Shown here one piece after another: positions 61,298-64,000 of a stretch of DNA of 64,000 nucleotides. Below the pieces are notes generated by a model that made no database searches, had not been told where the DNA came from, and was given only the letters and a program-made list of their open reading frames with translations. Location of the stretch: assembly GCA_050273025.1 (NCBI GenBank), contig CP158635.1:29202001-29266000 (forward strand). The letters run 5' to 3'. A program made the position numbers and the translations under genes. Position 1 is the first letter of the stretch; the number at the start of each line of letters is the position of its first letter. The DNA is from Cenococcum geophilum. Its lineage: Eukaryota.

Positions 61298-64000
61298 TGT
61301 TATGGGACACCCTCGTAATACCTTATACACGCCTACCTATTTCTACTAATTATGAGACCGTAATTTGCCGCGACCTATAGCAATCTAACGGCAATCTGCT
61401 ATATTCTGCCATATTCCGCTAAGTTTTACTAAATTCTATTAAGTTCTACTAGGACTACGACCTAAATCCTATTCTACTTTATGCACGTATTAATTAAGCA
61501 ACTAAGTTAATAATATATACCCTTTCTTTCTATTTTTCTACCTTTTTTCCTTACGTAACGTTTTAATTTTATTATATAGTTTATATATATAGCTTAATAA
61601 TATCTACTCTGCTATATATTATTATTGCTTATACTTACTTTGTAATACTACGTTATATTAAACCTATACCCTATACTGTTCTAACTAGTATATAAAACAA
61701 CCTAGAAGCCCTTATATCTGCAAAAGACCTATATACTAAATTTACTAAACAAATAGAGACTCTGTAATAGGCTTTTACGGACACCCTTACCTATTAAAAA
61801 GTCTAATATTATAAGTCAATTAAATCTCTAAAAAAAAAATTAAAGAGATCTGCCGAAACCCACCGTCTGCTATACTATCACCCCTATTTATCCTTACTAG
61901 TATTAACCTATAAATACTAGGTGGAAAGAATATATCTAAAACTAGCTCCTTAACCCTAAATTTGCCAACTAGTACCCCTAAAAAAAGTTAACCAAATGTC
62001 TCCCTAATCCTCTTACCTATTAGGTAAAAGGAGTAAACTATGCTTCTTCTTTAACTAACTTAAAAATAAGCTAAATAGTAATATTAATCGCTACCCTACT
62101 CCTAATAGCTAGTTATGTTATGCTATAAGCCGCCTAATAGAAGGCGCTATAGAAACTATATACCCGTTTTAGCCGAGTACTATAAAAGAACTAGTTACTA
62201 TACTAAAAGCATCTTATAGCGACCCTAACTAAATTACTATAGTATAAAGAAAACTAAATAAGATAATATAAGGTTCTAAGAGCTTTCTATTATACTTTAC
62301 CAAATCTTACTACTATACTAAAGAGACTAAATAGAACGAACCCGCCTTAATTAATCGCCTAGTAGAGCCCCTAAACTCTAAACTAAAGGCTTTCCTTATA
62401 GGAGTTAAGCTGCCGGATACCCTTACCGCCTATACTAATGTTATTAATGGCTTATACAACGATATACTACGCCTCGCCTTAAAATATACACCTTAATACT
62501 CTGCCCCCTAGCCGCCTAGGACCCGTAAAGACCTAAACGCTATAGATATTAACGCTAGAACCCTCTCTTACGCCCTAAAAGGATTTACTAAACGTAAATA
62601 ACGTATTAAATACGGCCTTTGTTTTAAGTGTGGAAGCAACGCTTATATCTTAAGTTACTACTCTATCCCGCTGCCCTAAATATATATATAAATAACTAGT
62701 ATAGGTGGTGTACCGCTATCCTAAATATATAAATAGGCAACTAATATAAGCAACTAATTGCCTTAAATAAGCCTTATTTACCGACCCTAATTATTATTTA
62801 GCTCTAACACGTTATTTAATAAGCACTACTTATAAGGATAAAGCTATAACCGATATAATATAAAAACTCCGCCCTAATTGCCTCTAAAAGGAAGGTCCTA
62901 GAGCTAAGTCGCTCTCTAAAACGGCTTTACATTAGGATCTTGTTAAATACTTTAAACGTTACGAACTCTAACTCTTAGGATTATAGCATAACTGTTAACT
63001 ATTATCTTTAGTAGAATAATTAATAGGCTAATGCTTAAGTTCTAATTAATACAGGAGCTAGTAGTATAGGATTTATTAATAAGATCTTCGCGTAAGATAA
63101 TAGTTTTACCTTAACCCCCCTTAACCAGCATATTAATATATTTAGATTTAATGGTAAACGTATAATCTTAGGCCGAATTACCTACGTAGTATACCTAAGA
63201 CTTTAATACCTAAACTATAAAGAACTAACTAGGCTTTTTATTACTACCCTAGGTTATTTAATAATCCTTAGATAACCTTAGATAAAGCTATATAAGGTAA
63301 CCATTAATTAGGATAACTTTAAGCTTTTATTTACTGCCCCGCATTATAAGTAAGAATACTCTATAACGTACTACTCTAACCCTAAACTAAAATCTAGGAA
63401 ATCTACTAAGATCTACTTTACGCCTAAGGAATCTACCAGATTCTACTAGTATAGGAATTCTACTAAATTCTACTAATATAAGAATTCCACCGACATCCAC
63501 TAAGGATCTAAAAATTCCTCTAAATTCTATAAGTTATTACTAAGCACTATACCGCCCTAAACTAAGTAGAATCTTAAGCTTAGTATATAAAACTACTAGA
63601 AGAACTAGTATCCTATAATAAAAAGATTACTTAAAGAACCTAAACCTAAATCTAATACTAACTCCGTATCTAATACTAAACCTAAAGCCGAATAAGAATT
63701 TACGTAAGAAACTATAGACGGCCTAAGTAAGCTTAATACTCTAGATATCCACATAATTAGAGCTACCCTACTAGTGTAACTTGCCAAGAAACCTAAGTAT
63801 ACGATCTTCGCTATTATAATAGCCGATATTAAGAAGGCCTTAGTACTAAAGAAGCACACCACCCTACCACAAAGGTACTAGTAGAGTATTATTACTGCCT
63901 AAATGCATTCTTATAAAAGGAAGCTAATAAGCTACTGGAATACCGACTATATAACTATAAGATTATACTTAAAGAAGGAAAGCAGCCTAGATTTAGACCC
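61298..64000 (+). mobile_element. Gypsy family C, 5' part (LTR 61298..61647, gag ~61670-62905, protease and start of RT); runs off the window
   Basis: LTR TGTTATGGG...TGTAATA matches the other C LTRs. CFKCG...H knuckle at about 62620. De-RIP LIDTGAS...FID at about 63043 and LP.YR.YDHKI.L at about 63933. Confidence 0.92.

Overview
This is a gene-free, very AT-rich block of nested transposable elements from a filamentous ascomycete. It has been heavily mutated by repeat-induced point mutation (RIP: CpA->TpA and TpG->TpA), so almost every TE ORF is full of TAA/TAG stops and must be read after reversing C->T/G->A. Target-site duplications (TSDs) resolve most of the window. It holds one internally deleted Ty1/Copia, at least five Ty3/Gypsy families (called A-E here, four with a visible chromodomain), solo LTRs, two Tad1-like LINEs, a Crypton (tyrosine recombinase plus GCR1_C) interrupted by a pogo-like transposon, a ~770 bp non-autonomous TIR element and a GC-rich minisatellite island. 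Two observations stand out. (1) Gypsy element E carries an extra ~2.8 kb sense ORF between its chromodomain and its PPT/3' LTR. After de-RIP this ORF reads as a PhyH-like 2-oxoglutarate/Fe(II) dioxygenase (HxD...H...R), split by a 13.7 kb nested insertion and back in frame once that is removed. (2) A cassette of two palindromes with adjacent CCAAT-like boxes is shared by the 3' UTRs of a Copia and three Gypsy copies from two families. De-RIP protein readings are my inference, and inner coordinates of degenerate ORFs are approximate.
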